The translations under genes were made by a program, and so were the position numbers. Shown one piece after another: positions 13,056-27,132 of a stretch of 64,000 bases of DNA. This stretch comes from Eledone cirrhosa (Eukaryota). A model generated the notes under the pieces. It ran no database searches, was not told the DNA's origin, and saw nothing but the letters and a program-made list of their open reading frames with translations. Within the stretch, counting starts at the first letter, position 1, and each line of letters begins with the position of its first letter. The DNA lies in the NCBI GenBank assembly GCA_964016885.1, contig OZ024741.1, positions 220,782,001-220,846,000 of the forward strand, given 5' to 3'.

Positions 13056-13679
13056 ATATATATATACATATATATTTAGAGATAGAATGTGTGTGTGGGC
13101 GGGGGGGGGGGGGACATGTATAGATAACGAAAAACGAAAGAGTGTAATGGGATATGTGGAAGAGAGAGCACAACAGAAAACCATACATTGCACAGTTGAT
13201 AATTGACTATCACGTAGATGACTTTATTTTAAATCAGTAATAAAATTATTATCATTATCTATATTATTATTATTATTACAGTTGCATTTATTATTATTAT
13301 TATTATTATTACTATTATTATCATTATCATTATTATTTGAATCAGTAAAGAAATGCTTCATTTCCGGTCTATTATTAATCCATACATCCTTTCCCGTCAT
13401 GCTTGCTTCAACGAAAATTTTAATGTCATCTCACTTTCTGACACCTCTACCGCACGTCTAGAAAGTCTATTTGATGTATCCATAAGATTCTGTCACTTTC
13501 TGTATTTTATACACATTATTTTTCAATACATCTTTCCTCCATATTTGTGGTCTGCGTCCTTCCTACAATCCGGCATTTCCGGTTTGACTTTATTTCAGTC
13601 ATGTCAAAGAAAGAGATGATTTCATTTCTCCTGTTTTACACATTTCTAGGAAAAGAAAGAAATGTCATTCGCATTTCAT

Positions 13680-14305
13680 ATGAGTGGATCTCCGTTGGTT
13701 GAGACGATGAATGTTCTAGTTCTAGTCATTCAATCGACGGAAAAACAGCATCGTCTGTTCCTGATATGGACGTGTAAGTGGCTAAACATTCCACAGACAC
13801 GAGTACCCTTAACATAATACGCAGAGAGATTCAACATGATTTTTTTTCCGTGACAAGTTTGATCCTTTTAATTACAGGAGTTATCCATACGTCGGGCTTC
13901 CAAACAGTTTCCGTCTACACAATTTCACTCACAAGGCATGGGGCAACAGAGGTCTGTAAAACATTACACTTGTCCAAGACACCACGCAGTGAGATCGAAC
14001 CCGCAACTTAATGACTGTGGATCGAGCATCTTAACTATCCAGCGAGGCTACATCCACTTCTGTCATAAGTCTTCATGTAAAATATAAATATAATTGAAAA
14101 AAAAAAACAGTGCGACTTCTGAAGATTTTGGTGTTGTACAGTTATGTTAGACTTCCATCGCTTTCGACGATGAATATTCCAGTTCTTCAGCACACGGACT
14201 AGCCTGCTCAGGAAGTTAATGTACAAATGAGGGGGGGGGGTCAATTCACATAGACGTGTATCCTTTAACGTAAAATTCAGGAATATTTAACGTGACACAG
14301 AGTGC
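13680..14305. mobile_element. Decayed cephalopod SINE fragments (two body fragments on +, one tRNA head on - at ~13890-14050)
   Basis: Two copies of ...cacagacacg.gtacccttaac...ttcaac.tgac..., and a reverse B-box gatcgaaccc near 13993. Confidence 0.6.
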
Positions 14306-14335
14306 AGATTATTATAGAGAAATTACATTATACTA

Positions 14336-14527
14336 GGGTGGTGGATTGGCAGTGTTGGTAGAGGGTCAGACGCCATGCTTTGCAGCAAAGAGTTACGCCC
14401 CTTTACGGTCTGAGTTCAAATCCCGCCGAGGTTAACTTTACCTTTCATCCTTACGGGGTCAATAAAATAAAGTACCAGTCATGCACTGGAATAATTGCTG
14501 GCCTTGTACCAAAAGTAGAAACAATTA
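14336..14527 (+). mobile_element. OK-type SINE
   Basis: Head, core and tail as in the other copies. Confidence 0.88.
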
Positions 14528-14749
14528 CACTATGGCTGCAGCCTGATGAAATCTGTCACCGCCATACCAGTAATTGGTGTAGCTCTGTGGCTGCTTTACC
14601 GAACGGTCGGGGACCTGATTTAGAAAGGGGTGTGTGGTTAATCTTCCTTCCTTGAATGGTTTTGGTCTGGTGAGTTATGTCGAATGTTGTATGGAATATA
14701 TTTGCTTGACTACGTGGATTGCTTTGGTTTGATTTGGGTGTGTTTACAT

Positions 14750-14818
<69 letters not shown>

Positions 14819-14915
14819 CATGCACACACGCACACACACACACGCGCACACACACACACACACACGCACGCACACACACACCACACACACACACTCGCGC
14901 ACACACACACACACA

Positions 14916-14947
<32 letters not shown>
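14750..14947. repeat. (CA)n microsatellite
   Basis: Seen directly. Confidence 0.95.
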
Positions 14948-14950
<3 letters not shown>

Positions 14951-15598
14951 CTGGCTGAATGAACAAACACGTGATTTTTCTCGAAATGTATCTGTTCCTT
15001 CTTCTCACTCTCTATTTTTATATTTCATCTTTTATTTCACATTGCTTCTATGACGAAGAACTAGTGTCCGAAACGTCAAGATTATTTTCCTTCGATACCA
15101 AGTGTTAAACTAATATATGTCTCCATTGTGCTGAGTACTTTTTGTATACATCCGTACACACACATGCATGCACACACACGTGTGTTTGTTTGTATATCTA
15201 GCATGTGTTTGTTTGTATATCTAGCGATAAACGGTATGTTTATGAATAAACATTTTGAAAGCCTTCAGCTATGAATGTGGGAACTGACAGGGTACCGCCA
15301 TCTAGTGGGTTCCAGCAGAATCTAAGGGTAGATAACTAGCGACAGTGACGTCATGGTTTCTGACTCTGCCGCAACGGTTGAACTCTTGCTGTTTCGACAG
15401 CATATTCCATGTGGAATTTGTTGTCAGAACGTCAGCTGTCGAAGCGCAAGAGCTCAGCCGTCGGGCTTCGACTGTAATATATTTACCCTCTACTATGCTA
15501 AGTATGAAGTATTCTGCTGAATAATGGCTCTGCAAGATTAAAACTGGTAAAATTCTGATTTATATATTTATATATTTTCATATCTTTTATCTATAACA

Positions 15599-15668
15599 TC
15601 TCTGTCTGACGACCGATCTAGACGTATATTATTATCGTCTGTGATCCAGAAACCTTTGGTAATGGAGA
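15599..15668 (+). ncRNA. Type I hammerhead ribozyme (family G-related pLTR, element ~15240-15762)
   Basis: TCTCTGT-CTGACGA-[GATCTAGACG...CGTCTGTGATC]-GAAA-CC TTT GG-TA-ATGGAGA. The downstream gctctg...tagagcactcttc is shared with 61376-61403. Confidence 0.78.
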
Positions 15669-15760
15669 AGTTATAATTTGTGTTACTCACTTTCTAATTA
15701 AATAGCTCTGTTCTATATATAGAGCACTCTTCTTTCTTTTGCTTTTCCTTCGGAATTACC

Positions 15761-15877
<117 letters not shown>

Positions 15878-15977
15878 TTATTCAGTTTATTGGAGCCGCA
15901 GCTAATGTAGTCAATGAGGTGTTACACTACAAGTTACCTCCCACATCATCACATCATTTAACATCCACTCTCATTAT

Positions 15978-16352
15978 TTGGCAGTATCGGTAGAGGGTCG
16001 GACGCCATGCTTTGACTCATAGAGTTACGGTCCTTTCCATTCTGAGTTCAAATGCCGCCGAGGTTTACTTTGCCTTTCATCCTTACGGGGTCGATAAAAT
16101 AAAGTACCAGTAATGCACTGGGTAATTGCTGGCCTTGTGCCAAAAGTAGAAACAATTATTTTGTACTTGGCAGTATCGGTAGAGGGTCTGACGCCATGCT
16201 TTCCAGCATAGTTACGTCCCTTTACGATCTGAGTTCAAATCCCGCCGAGGTTGACTTTGCCTTTCATCCTTACGGGGTCGATAAAATAAGGTACCAGTAA
16301 TGCACTGGGGATATTTGCTGGCCTTGTGCCAAAAGTAGAAACAATTATTTTG
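15978..16352 (+). mobile_element. Two tandem OK-type SINEs
   Basis: Two head-core-tail units. Confidence 0.88.
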
Positions 16353-16616
16353 TATTTAGTAATTGATTTGACAAGGTAGCTAATTGTGCTCTCTCTCTCT
16401 CAGCATAGGTATCAATGCTATGACCGGTTGCATCTCAGTGTACTCAATAGGTAATGTAAAATACACTCCCAGAGTATACACATAGTTATTCGCTTCAATA
16501 CAACACACGTAAAAAAATATATAAATATATATATAAAAATATAAAAATAAAATATAATATAAATATATATATATATATATATAAAAATATATAATATATA
16601 TATATATAAATATATA

Positions 16617-16667
<51 letters not shown>

Positions 16668-16730
16668 TATATATAAAATAAATATAAATATAATATATAT
16701 AATATAATATATATATATATAAAATATAAA

Positions 16731-16935
16731 TAGGAACGAGTAGGACCCCGACGGCTGAGCTCAAGCCGTTTCAGGGCTAATTCTGGACTAAATTTAGTCC
16801 AGAATTATCCGTCGAAACGGCTTGAGCTCAGCCGTCGCGGTCCTACTCGTTCCTATGACCCACTCTACTACCCTAAGTATTGAGTACTCTGGTGCGTTAT
16901 AGTCCACCTGGTTCCTTGCCACATTTCCTTCGTTA
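16731..16935. mobile_element. Family A fold-back PLE terminus in (TA)n
   Basis: Arm 16731-16793 is the reverse complement of ~16794-16856. It contains the 3' half of the family A hammerhead (GAAA CGGCT TGAGCTC AGCCG TC). Confidence 0.8.
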
Positions 16936-16937
16936 TA

Positions 16938-17021
<84 letters not shown>

Positions 17022-17179
17022 GAATATAAAATGAAAGTGCTTTTATAAAGGAATTTATTAGGTATTGACATATGTTTCTGTAACAGACGGAATACCTATG
17101 TATCGCTGCTTGCGTAATCATATAATGTTAGCAAGTATTCGATAGCAAATGTATAAACAGTTGTCACTTCTTCAGAGAT

Positions 17180-17228
<49 letters not shown>

Positions 17229-17232
<4 letters not shown>

Positions 17233-17384
17233 ATTTAAAACTGCACTATCCACAAGTGTTTTTTAGCCTTCATATCATGTCCTCCTGTTTTATCTGATGA
17301 AAACACAAATATTATTGCATGATGATGTTTGTTTTTGAAATGCGCATAATAAAATACATGGAACTCCTTTAACCATCTTTTGAT

Positions 17385-17390
<6 letters not shown>
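17229..17390 (+). mobile_element. Family C PLE terminus in (TA)n with a hammerhead at 17288-17354
   Basis: TTTTAT-CTGATGA-[AAACACAAATATTAT...ATGATGTTTGTTTTT]-GAAA-TGCGCA-TA-ATAAAA. Near-identical to 25966-26130 and 58100-58265. Confidence 0.85.
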
Positions 17391-17437
<47 letters not shown>

Positions 17438-18457
17438 CACATATACGTAGCCAGAAATCAGAAGAATATGGCTAACTAGATATAAGGCTGCCAATCCAAT
17501 TCTGCAAGCTATCTGTCTAACTGTCTGTCTACTTTTCTGTCTGTGTGTCTGTCTCTCTACCTGCGTGTCTACTTGTTTGTTTGTCTGTGTGTCTGTCGAC
17601 CTATTTGTATGTTCTTTTCAACTTCATTGACCAATTTAACAGTTGTGTTTGTCACTCGCTGCGTTCGATCGTTTTGTTCACAAGCCACTTTCACTTTTAC
17701 ACTTAACTCGGCGTTCAGAAAAAGACATAAAGTGTGAAGCAAGCAACTTAACTGACCAAAAATGGACACAAAAACTGGATGGAAGAGAATTATTGGTACA
17801 GTTAGCGAAAAGGTTGCATGATCGAACATTTAACAACTTGTTGGCTGCCAGCCTGACAAATCAATCAGGCTGATGCCGATAGAAACTAGATTGTGTATGT
17901 GTGAAAAAGTGAGAGTGAGGGACGGAGAGAGAGAGAGAGAGAGAGAGAGAGGGTGAAAGAGAAGGTAAGAGGGGAGGAAAGAGAGGGGAAAACGAACAGA
18001 GGAAAATGGACTATAGAATTAAATATGAAAGAGCAGACGACAACGCTTTTGATATGAGTGGAAATATGTGTGAGAGAAAATAATATGGCCATTTATATGG
18101 AACAGTGAATAACCGAACGAACACCGATGTGTATGTATATATGTCTGAATATATCAGTGTGTGTATGTATCTGTGTGTCTATGTATATGTCTATATGTAT
18201 GCATATAAATATATGTTTATGTATAAATGCATGAATATATGTGTATATATGTATGCATATAAGTGTGGATGTATATAAGTGAAGGTATATATGTGTATAT
18301 ATATATGTGTTTATATATATATGTGTGTATGTATATATGTGTATATATGCTGTGTTTTCAGTACGTCCTAGTCAGATAAAATACATGAATTGATGTATGA
18401 AATACCTCAACTGTCTTGATGGTTCAATTCCAGTATTGGCAGTCTCTATATATATAT

Positions 18458-18755
18458 AGGAACAAGTAAGACCCCGACGGCTGAGCTCAAGCCGTTTCGA
18501 CGGCTAATTCTGGACTGAATGAAAATTTATTCTGGTATTTAAATAGCCGAGCTTATCAATATATGAAATTACCCCTTGATAAGCTCGGCTATTTAAATAC
18601 CAGAATAAATTTTCATTCAGTCCAGAATTAGCCGTCGAAACGGCTTGAGCTCAGCCGTCGGGGTCTTACTTGTTCCTATTACCCACTCTACTACCCTAAA
18701 TATTGTGTACTTTGGTGCGTTATGGTCCACCTGGTTCCTTACCACATTTCCTTCG

Positions 18756-18760
<5 letters not shown>
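18458..18760. mobile_element. Family A fold-back PLE terminus in (TA)n
   Basis: 18458-18559 is the reverse complement of 18576-18678, followed by a tail ending ttcgttata(TA)n. Confidence 0.85.
18571..18664 (+). ncRNA. Type I hammerhead ribozyme with U3-A8 variant core (family A)
   Basis: ACCCC-TTGATAA-[G..CGGCTA...TAGCCG.C]-GAAA-CGGCT TGAGCTC AGCCG-TC-GGGGT. GUC site at 18657-18659. Confidence 0.75.
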
Positions 18761-18809
<49 letters not shown>

Positions 18810-19223
18810 AATGAAACAGTTCTAGTCCTGTAGAATCTCATCTATATTAAAACTTTTATACTCTGCAATGTATTGAGTAAAAGTTTTAATATAGATGAGA
18901 TTCTACAGGACTAGAACTGTTTCATTCTTTAGAAATCATCAGGAATCTGGGTATCAAAAAATAAGTATGGTATGGTTATGTGAGTACCTCTTACCTATCT
19001 GCATTTTCTGCCTGTAGAGCTGTTTTTATGTGCCTGTGTATATGCGTATATTTATTGAGTACTTATTTATTTGTATGTGTATATATTTGTGTGTATGTGT
19101 GTATATGTATGTGTATGTATATGTATGTGTATGTATGAGTATGTGTGCACATGTATGTGTGTATGTGTGTGTATATATATATATATATGTATGTGTATAT
19201 GTATATATATACATATATATATA

Positions 19224-19262
<39 letters not shown>

Positions 19263-19333
19263 ATGGATGTATGTATATGTATATATATGTGTTTATATGT
19301 GTATATGTATATATATGTATATATGTGTGTGTA

Positions 19334-19405
<72 letters not shown>

Positions 19406-19443
19406 TGTGTATTTGTGTGTATGTGTGTGTGTATATGTGTATA

Positions 19444-19484
<41 letters not shown>

Positions 19485-19497
19485 GTGTGTATTTGTA

Positions 19498-19536
<39 letters not shown>

Positions 19537-19804
19537 GTGTATATATATATATATATATATACTTTATATATATATATATATATGTGTGTATATATATATG
19601 TGTGTATATGTGTATATGTAGGTGTATGTATGTACGTGTGTGTGTGTATATATATATGTATATATATATATATGTATTTGTGTATGTATACGTATGTGTG
19701 TATGTGTGTACGTATGTGTGTGTATATTTGTGTGTATGTGTATATATGTATATGTATATGTATGTATGTGTATGTATATGTATATATATATATATATATA
19801 TGTA

Positions 19805-19836
<32 letters not shown>

Positions 19837-19925
19837 TAAATATATATATATATATATAGTAATAATATATGTGTGTGTGTGTATATATATGTGTGTGTGT
19901 ATATATATGTATGTATGTGTATATT

Positions 19926-20041
<116 letters not shown>

Positions 20042-20387
20042 TGTGTGTGTATGTGTGTATGTATATGTGTGTGTGTATATGTATATATATATGTGTGTAT
20101 ATGTGTATATATATATATATACACACATTGAGCAGTTGAAGTATAAGGACGTGTTTTTACTTCTCTCCCCGAGTAAGCAGCAAGTCACACAGCCACAAAA
20201 CAAAACCACAAAACAAAACAAAACCAAACAAACAAAAATTGACCGGTTAATACATTTACATACATCTATATTATTATATATTTGAAACCTGGTGTTTTCC
20301 AACTTGTGAGTACATTTTCCTTTAACTACAAATTATTATTATATACTTTCGTCTTTTCATTAATTTAATTAATTTCAAATAACCAGA

Positions 20388-20420
<33 letters not shown>

Positions 20421-20543
20421 CTCATATTTATATATATACTCTTCTCACTCACACACAAGAAAAACAAAAAACAAAAATAAATTAAAAAAATATATATATA
20501 TATATTGAAATACTTAACTAAAACACACACACTCAAAACTAGA

Positions 20544-21712
20544 ATGGCTAACCAGCAAAAATCCAAACAGAACTGGTCTGATAATGAAATCGACATTCTA
20601 ATAAACACATGGCATTGCCTTACCCAAACAGAAGACATAGATGCTTCATGTCTGAACGACATTGCTAAACGTACAGTTCAACTTTTGAAAACTCGATCTG
20701 AACAACAGATTCAAAATAAATTAAAGCAAATCGAAATTGCTTTTAAATTAATCAATAAACATTTGGATAAACTACGGTGTGTTTTTTCTTCGAATACTGT
20801 CCAGCAGCAGCAACAACAACAACAGCAGCTACAACGGCAACAATAACAACAGCTACAACAGCAACAACAACATCAACAACAGCAACAACAACAACGACAA
20901 CAACAACAACAGTGTGAACCACTCCTTGATTCATCAACAATGGCCGATCTACTAAATGAAACTATTGACCTCCCAGTAGCCTCTGTCTCACAGCAGGAAA
21001 CGCCACATCCTTCTCTGGCCCAGCAGTCCAATCATCACCACTGCCAACATCTTCTCTGCCTACTACTACTACTACTACTACTACTACAACATCTTTGGCT
21101 ACTGCTATTTCAAGGAATTTACCTTCTAATACCAGAACAAGAACTCTCCCTCCCACAGTCCACAAAGGTCGTCAAATCCTACTCAAACCATCATCTACAC
21201 CTCTCACAACACACACACCCACATACCCACCCACTCGAAACCCCATTATTTGCCGCTACTCTCTACGCTATAGAATATGTACGGATAGTGGCTGCAAATT
21301 CACCCATTTACCTAGGACAAAACGATCTATCCCCACAAACAGCGACCACCATAATACATACTCTAATTTAACACCAACACAACCACCAATAACTCAAACA
21401 AGGAATCCACAAATCTGCCGCTTTTCCCTGCGAGAGAGATTGTGTTTAGACCGGGATTGTCCCTTTACCCATATCCCGGGGACCCGTCGGACAAATGAAA
21501 ATAAAATTAAAAATAAAAGCAAAAACAAAAACCATAACCTACATAAAAATAACCACTACCACAGTCACCAACAGTCTTCTAAACAGGAAACTTCTTCCTC
21601 TTTTTTAGCCATAATGAATCTGGCAAAAGAACTGGAAAAAAACATTCGAGCTATCACCCAGCACCACCCTCCACTATCACCCCACTGCACAAACTCCCAT
21701 TGCTGCCATTAA
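20544..21712 (+). pseudogene. LINE ORF1 remnant: Myb/SANT-like N-terminus and two CCCH zinc fingers
   Basis: MANQQ...NWSDNEIDILINTW...RSEQQIQNKL; CRYSLRYRICTDSGCKFTH and CRFSLRERLCLDRDCPFTH. Broken by stops and frameshifts in CAA/CTA repeats. Confidence 0.7.
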
Positions 21713-24700
21713 CAAACAAACAAATTAACAACACACCAAAACAATTAAAACCACCCACTCTCGCCTCTACATTTTTGCTTAACGCCCAAGGCATCAGCCC
21801 TTCCACCAATACTCAAAAATGGAAGATCAAATTCCTGGAGGACTGGATTGATGTCCATCCAAACCACATCCCTTTCTTCGTCCTCACTGAAACCCATCTC
21901 AGTAACCTCCACTTGGAAGCCGAGGTGAAAGTGAAAAATTTCAAAGCCATCCGTGCTGATCGCGCTGGCAGAAGAAAGGGCGGGACTGCCATTTATGTCC
22001 ATAATTCTTTCTCAACAGAGGCTATGAACATATTCACTAATGGATACTGTGAAGTAGTCACTGTATTCAGTCAAACCAACAACCTAATAGTAGTTGGGCT
22101 CTATAGGCCACCCCAAACGCCTGTACCATGCTTCAAGGAATGCCTCAACAGCATAAAGTGTTTCATCCAAGAGTGTCACCCTGACAACATCTTAATGCTG
22201 GGGGACTTCAACCTCCCCGGAGTTGACTGGTCCACAAACAGCCTGCCACCAGGTTCTTCTGCCTCAACCTCTGACAGGGAAGCAGTGGAATCGCTTCTTG
22301 ACTTCATGGATGATTTCTTCCTATCCCAACTGGTGCTCGAACCAACGAGGTGCCACAAAAACGTCCTAGACTTAATTTTCAGCAATCACACTGACAATAT
22401 CAACAATATTGCAGTGGAGAAAATTCTACTCTCTGATCATGACATGGTTCTCTGTGATCTGAGATTCCACCGTCCAATATACAAACCCAATGTCATCTCT
22501 CCTGTCCATCCGTTTGACGCTATGGATTTCCACAATGCAAACTGGGAAGCGATCAGTCATGATCTTGCACATGTCGACTGGTCCTTCACGCACACTCATA
22601 CACCCACTAACATCAAAATGTCCTGGCAGACATTTGGGGACACTGTTACAAACATATGTGCAACACACACCCCATTAAGAACTATAAACAAATCTAAGAG
22701 CAGAATCCCTAGAAATAGAAAAACACACATCAGAAAAATTAAGAGAACGAACAAAAAAATCAACAAGCTGAAATACTGTCAGCAGCAACACATCAACTTG
22801 ACTGCCATTTCATCACTAGAGATTAAAAAACATAACCTCCAAAACAACATAATGTCCCTCATCAACAATCAGAGAAGAGCTGAAGAGGCCTGGGCCATTG
22901 AGAAGATCAAACTCAATCCCAAAGTGTTCTTTTCATTTGCAAAAAAACACAAAATCACTGGTTCTACTGTTGGCCCTCTAATTGATGAAAATGGCACTCT
23001 TCAAGACAATGCTAAAACCATGGGTGAGATACTGCAGAAACAATACTGCTCTGTTTTCAGCAATCCTGATATGGCCGATCTGGGCTGTATCGGCGATGTT
23101 ACTCCCCATTACACCTTATCGGACATAACGTTTTGGCGCCCCTGATGTCTTAGCGGCAATAAAGGAAATCAAGCATAATTCAGCAGTAGGTCCCGATAGG
23201 TTCCCTGCTTGTGTCTTGAAGGCGTGTCAACACCAACTTGCATCTCCTCTTGCCAATCTGTGGCGGAACTCACTGGATGCTGGATATGTGCCAGAAAACC
23301 TTCTATCCCAGTCTGTTGTCCCAGTTTTCAAAAAGGGAAACAAATCCCTTGCCGTGAATTACCGTCCAATCTCACTCACCTCTCATATCATTAAGGTATT
23401 TGAGAGAGTGGTGAGATCGCGAATGACCCACTTCCTTGAGAGTAACAATATGCTGAACTCCAACCAGCATGGATTCCGTAATGGAAGGGATTGCCTGACG
23501 CAGCTACTGCATCACTTTGATGACATTTTGAGAGCCTTGGGAGAGGGTTCCAACACTGATGTTATCTACCTTGATTTCAGCAAGGCCTTTGACAGGGTTG
23601 ATCATAACATTCTACTGAAAAAGCTATCCAATATTGGTGTCACTGGAAAGCTGCTGCAGTGGATCAAGAGCTTCCTGTCAAATAGAACCCAAGATGTTGT
23701 AGTTGAAGGAGTCAAATCCAGCCCAGCCAAAGTCAGTAGTGGGGTCCCACAAGGCACTGTGTTGGGCCCACTTCTCTTCATCATCTATATTAATGACATC
23801 ACTGACATCATCAAACACAGCAACATTAAAATTTTCGCTGATGATTCCAAGCTCCAAAAGGTCATCAATGGCGTGGATGACCGGATAAGCCTTCAGTCAG
23901 ACCTACTGGCTGTTACCCAATGGGCGGAAAAGAACAACATGTTACTGAACGAAGACAAATTCGAACTGATCCACTTTGGAAAAGAGGATGCTCTGAAACT
24001 CCCGTACTCCCTTCCCTCCGGGGAAACTCTCGTGGCATCTAACAACATCAGAGACTTGAGAGTAACCGTGGACAGCAACATAAGCTGGGCCACGCATATA
24101 AGCAGCAAAGTTGACATGGCCCGCAGAATGTGTTCCTGGATCCTCAGAACCTTCCAGTCGAGAGATTCCCACACCATTATCCTTCTCTTCTCTACTTTTG
24201 CCCGACCACACCTTGAATACTGTTGTCCACTGTGGTCTCCCCACACGAAACAAAGTATCATGAAACTTGAAGCTCCTCAAAGGGCAATCACGAAAAAGAT
24301 AGATGGCATGTCAGACCTTGACTACTGGGGTCGACTAGAAAACCTGAAACTTTACTCACTCCAACGTCGCCGTGAGCGTTATATTATCTGCATGATGTGG
24401 AAAATGTTCCATCATCACTGCCCAAATGATGTTGGCATCGCCTTCAAGATACACCCAAGGCTTGGGCCCCGTGCTGTCCGTCCCATTCAAAAATCTAAAT
24501 CGCAACTCATAACAACAATACGGCACAATTATTTCACCTCAATCGGCCCTGCTCTCTTCAACATCACACCAGGACACGTCAAAACAGAAACTGACCACAC
24601 AAAATTCAAGAAGTCTTTGGACAAATTCCTCCAAGTAATCCCGGACAAACCACCCACACCCGGATATGTCTTCGCAAACAGTAATTCTCTTCTCGAATGG

Positions 24701-24721
24701 GCCATGGTGCCCAAATCCTGA
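21700..24721 (+). pseudogene. LINE ORF2, apurinic endonuclease plus reverse transcriptase, with one frameshift near 23133
   Basis: APE motifs LTETHL, GGTAIYV, YRPP, GDFN, LDLIF and SDHD. RT motifs NYRPISLTS, QHGFR, YLDFSKAFD, GVPQGTVLGPLLF and FADDSK. Confidence 0.93.
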
Positions 24722-24940
24722 ATTGAAAGACTTCGCCAGGTGGTGCTATTAAGTTAGACATGGCCTGGGCCAATACTGGCCAAAACATTTCAAAGTTATT
24801 CAAAGTTATATATATATATATGTATATGTGTGTGTATATGTGTGTGTGTGTGTGTTTATATATATATATGTGTGTATATGTGTATATGTATGTGTATATA
24901 TATATTTATATATATATGTGTGTGTATATGTGTGTGTGTG

Positions 24941-24995
<55 letters not shown>

Positions 24996-25091
24996 ATATA
25001 TATATATATAAATATATGTATGTATGGTGTATGTGTGTATATATATGTGTGTGTATGTGTGTATATATGTATATATGTATATATGTGTATA

Positions 25092-25127
<36 letters not shown>

Positions 25128-25151
25128 CATATGTGTGTATGTATGTGTGTG

Positions 25152-25195
<44 letters not shown>

Positions 25196-25768
25196 TATAC
25201 ATATATATTTATATGTGTGTGTGTATATATGTGTATATGTGTATGTGTGTGTGTTTATTGGTTCGCGCGAGTGTGTCAGTGAGTGTGTTTTGTGAATGTG
25301 TCTGTTGAAATTTGAAGATAATTGTAAGATATGCACTCAATATTTTGAATTTGTCTACAGAATTCTCTAAACCTTTGTCACTTAGTAGAACCTTAAAGAA
25401 TTTTGCTTTTAAAGAATCTCCCTTTCCTTTAAATCTATCTACCATGACTGACCCCACTGATCTTATAGTCACCTGTTAGCTTAAGAGAAACTTAAAAATA
25501 AGGAGTGGCACCCCATCCTGAACCTGTTTATAGAATTCTTTCTGCCTTTGTTACTCTAAAAATAAAAATAAAATATAGCTTTGTAGAATTAGCTTTTAAT
25601 GAATTCCCTTTTCTATCAACCATTGACCTCTACCCATCCCACTCCCCACCCTCTCCTACCACTTGTAGAGACCTATAAATACCATACTTATTTTTTGATA
25701 CCCAGATTCCTGATGCTTTCTAAAGAATGAAACAGTTCTAGTCCTATAGAATCTCATCTATATTAAAA

Positions 25769-25819
<51 letters not shown>

Positions 25820-25822
<3 letters not shown>

Positions 25823-26125
25823 GGAGGTGAGTTTTATTGTAGTACAATAAAGCAATGCAGATATCGGATAAGAAGCACTCTACAGTTTGTAGGACTGGAG
25901 TATACATAATATAAGATCAAAAGATGGTTAAAGGAGTTCCATGTATTTTATTATGTTGATTTTATATGTTGATTTAAAACTGCACTATCCACAAGTGTTT
26001 TTTAGCCTTCATATCATGTTCTCCTGTTTTATCTGATGAAAACACAAATATTATTGCATGATGATGTTTGTTTTTGAAATGCGCATAATAACTTACATGG
26101 AACTCCTTTAACCATCTTTTGATCT

Positions 26126-26130
<5 letters not shown>
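25820..26130. mobile_element. Family C fold-back PLE terminus in (TA)n (hammerhead 26027-26093)
   Basis: Inverted tail 25820-25955 joined to a forward pLTR with CTGATGA...GAAA TGCGCA TA. Confidence 0.83.
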
Positions 26131-26191
<61 letters not shown>

Positions 26192-26958
26192 TTAGTTTAT
26201 AGTTTTAATATAGATGAGATTCTACAGGACTAGAACTGTTTCATTTTTAGAAATCATCAGGAATCTGGGAATCAAAAAGTAAATATGGTATTTATAGGTC
26301 TCTTCAGTTGGTAGGCGAGGGTAGGGAGTGGGATGGGTAGAGGTCAATGGTTGATAGAAAAGGGAATTCATTAAAAGCTAATTCTTTAAAGCTATAATTT
26401 ATATTTAGATTAACAAAGGCAGAAAGAATTCTATAAACAAGTTCAGGATGTGGTGCCACTCCTTATTTTTAAGCTTCTCTTAAGCTAACAATGCCTATAT
26501 TTCATGGTCAGTCATGGTTGATGGATTTAAAGAAAAGGGAAATTCATTAAAAGCTAATTCTTAAAGGTTCTACTTAGAGTGACAAAGGCCTAGAGAATTC
26601 TATAGACCATTCAAAGTATTGAGTGCCTATCATACCATTATCTTCAAGTTTCTCTTAAGCTATATTCCAAATGTCAACAGACACATTCACAAACAGACGT
26701 ACACTCACACACACGCGCACCCACACATACACACACACACATACATATATACACATACATACATATATATATATATATATACATACACACACATACATAT
26801 ATATATACATATATACATATATATATATGTACATATATATATATATATATTCAAATATATATACATATATATATACATATACATATACCTACACACATAC
26901 ACACATACACACATACACACATATACATACATACACACACACACATAATCACATATAT

Positions 26959-27029
<71 letters not shown>

Positions 27030-27046
27030 CACAGACATACACACAG

Positions 27047-27132
<86 letters not shown>

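Larger units (their letters stand above)
20127..24808 (+). mobile_element. Near-full-length CR1/L2-group LINE inserted in a TA/TG microsatellite
   Basis: 5' UTR, ORF1 remnant, APE-RT ORF2 and a short 3' UTR ending in two copies of ttcaaagtta, then (TA)n. Confidence 0.9.

Noticed and set aside
17058-17183. Possible minus-strand hammerhead (CTGAAGA ... GAAA CATATG TC)
   Set aside because: Stem I does not pair and stem II would need an ~80-nt insert.
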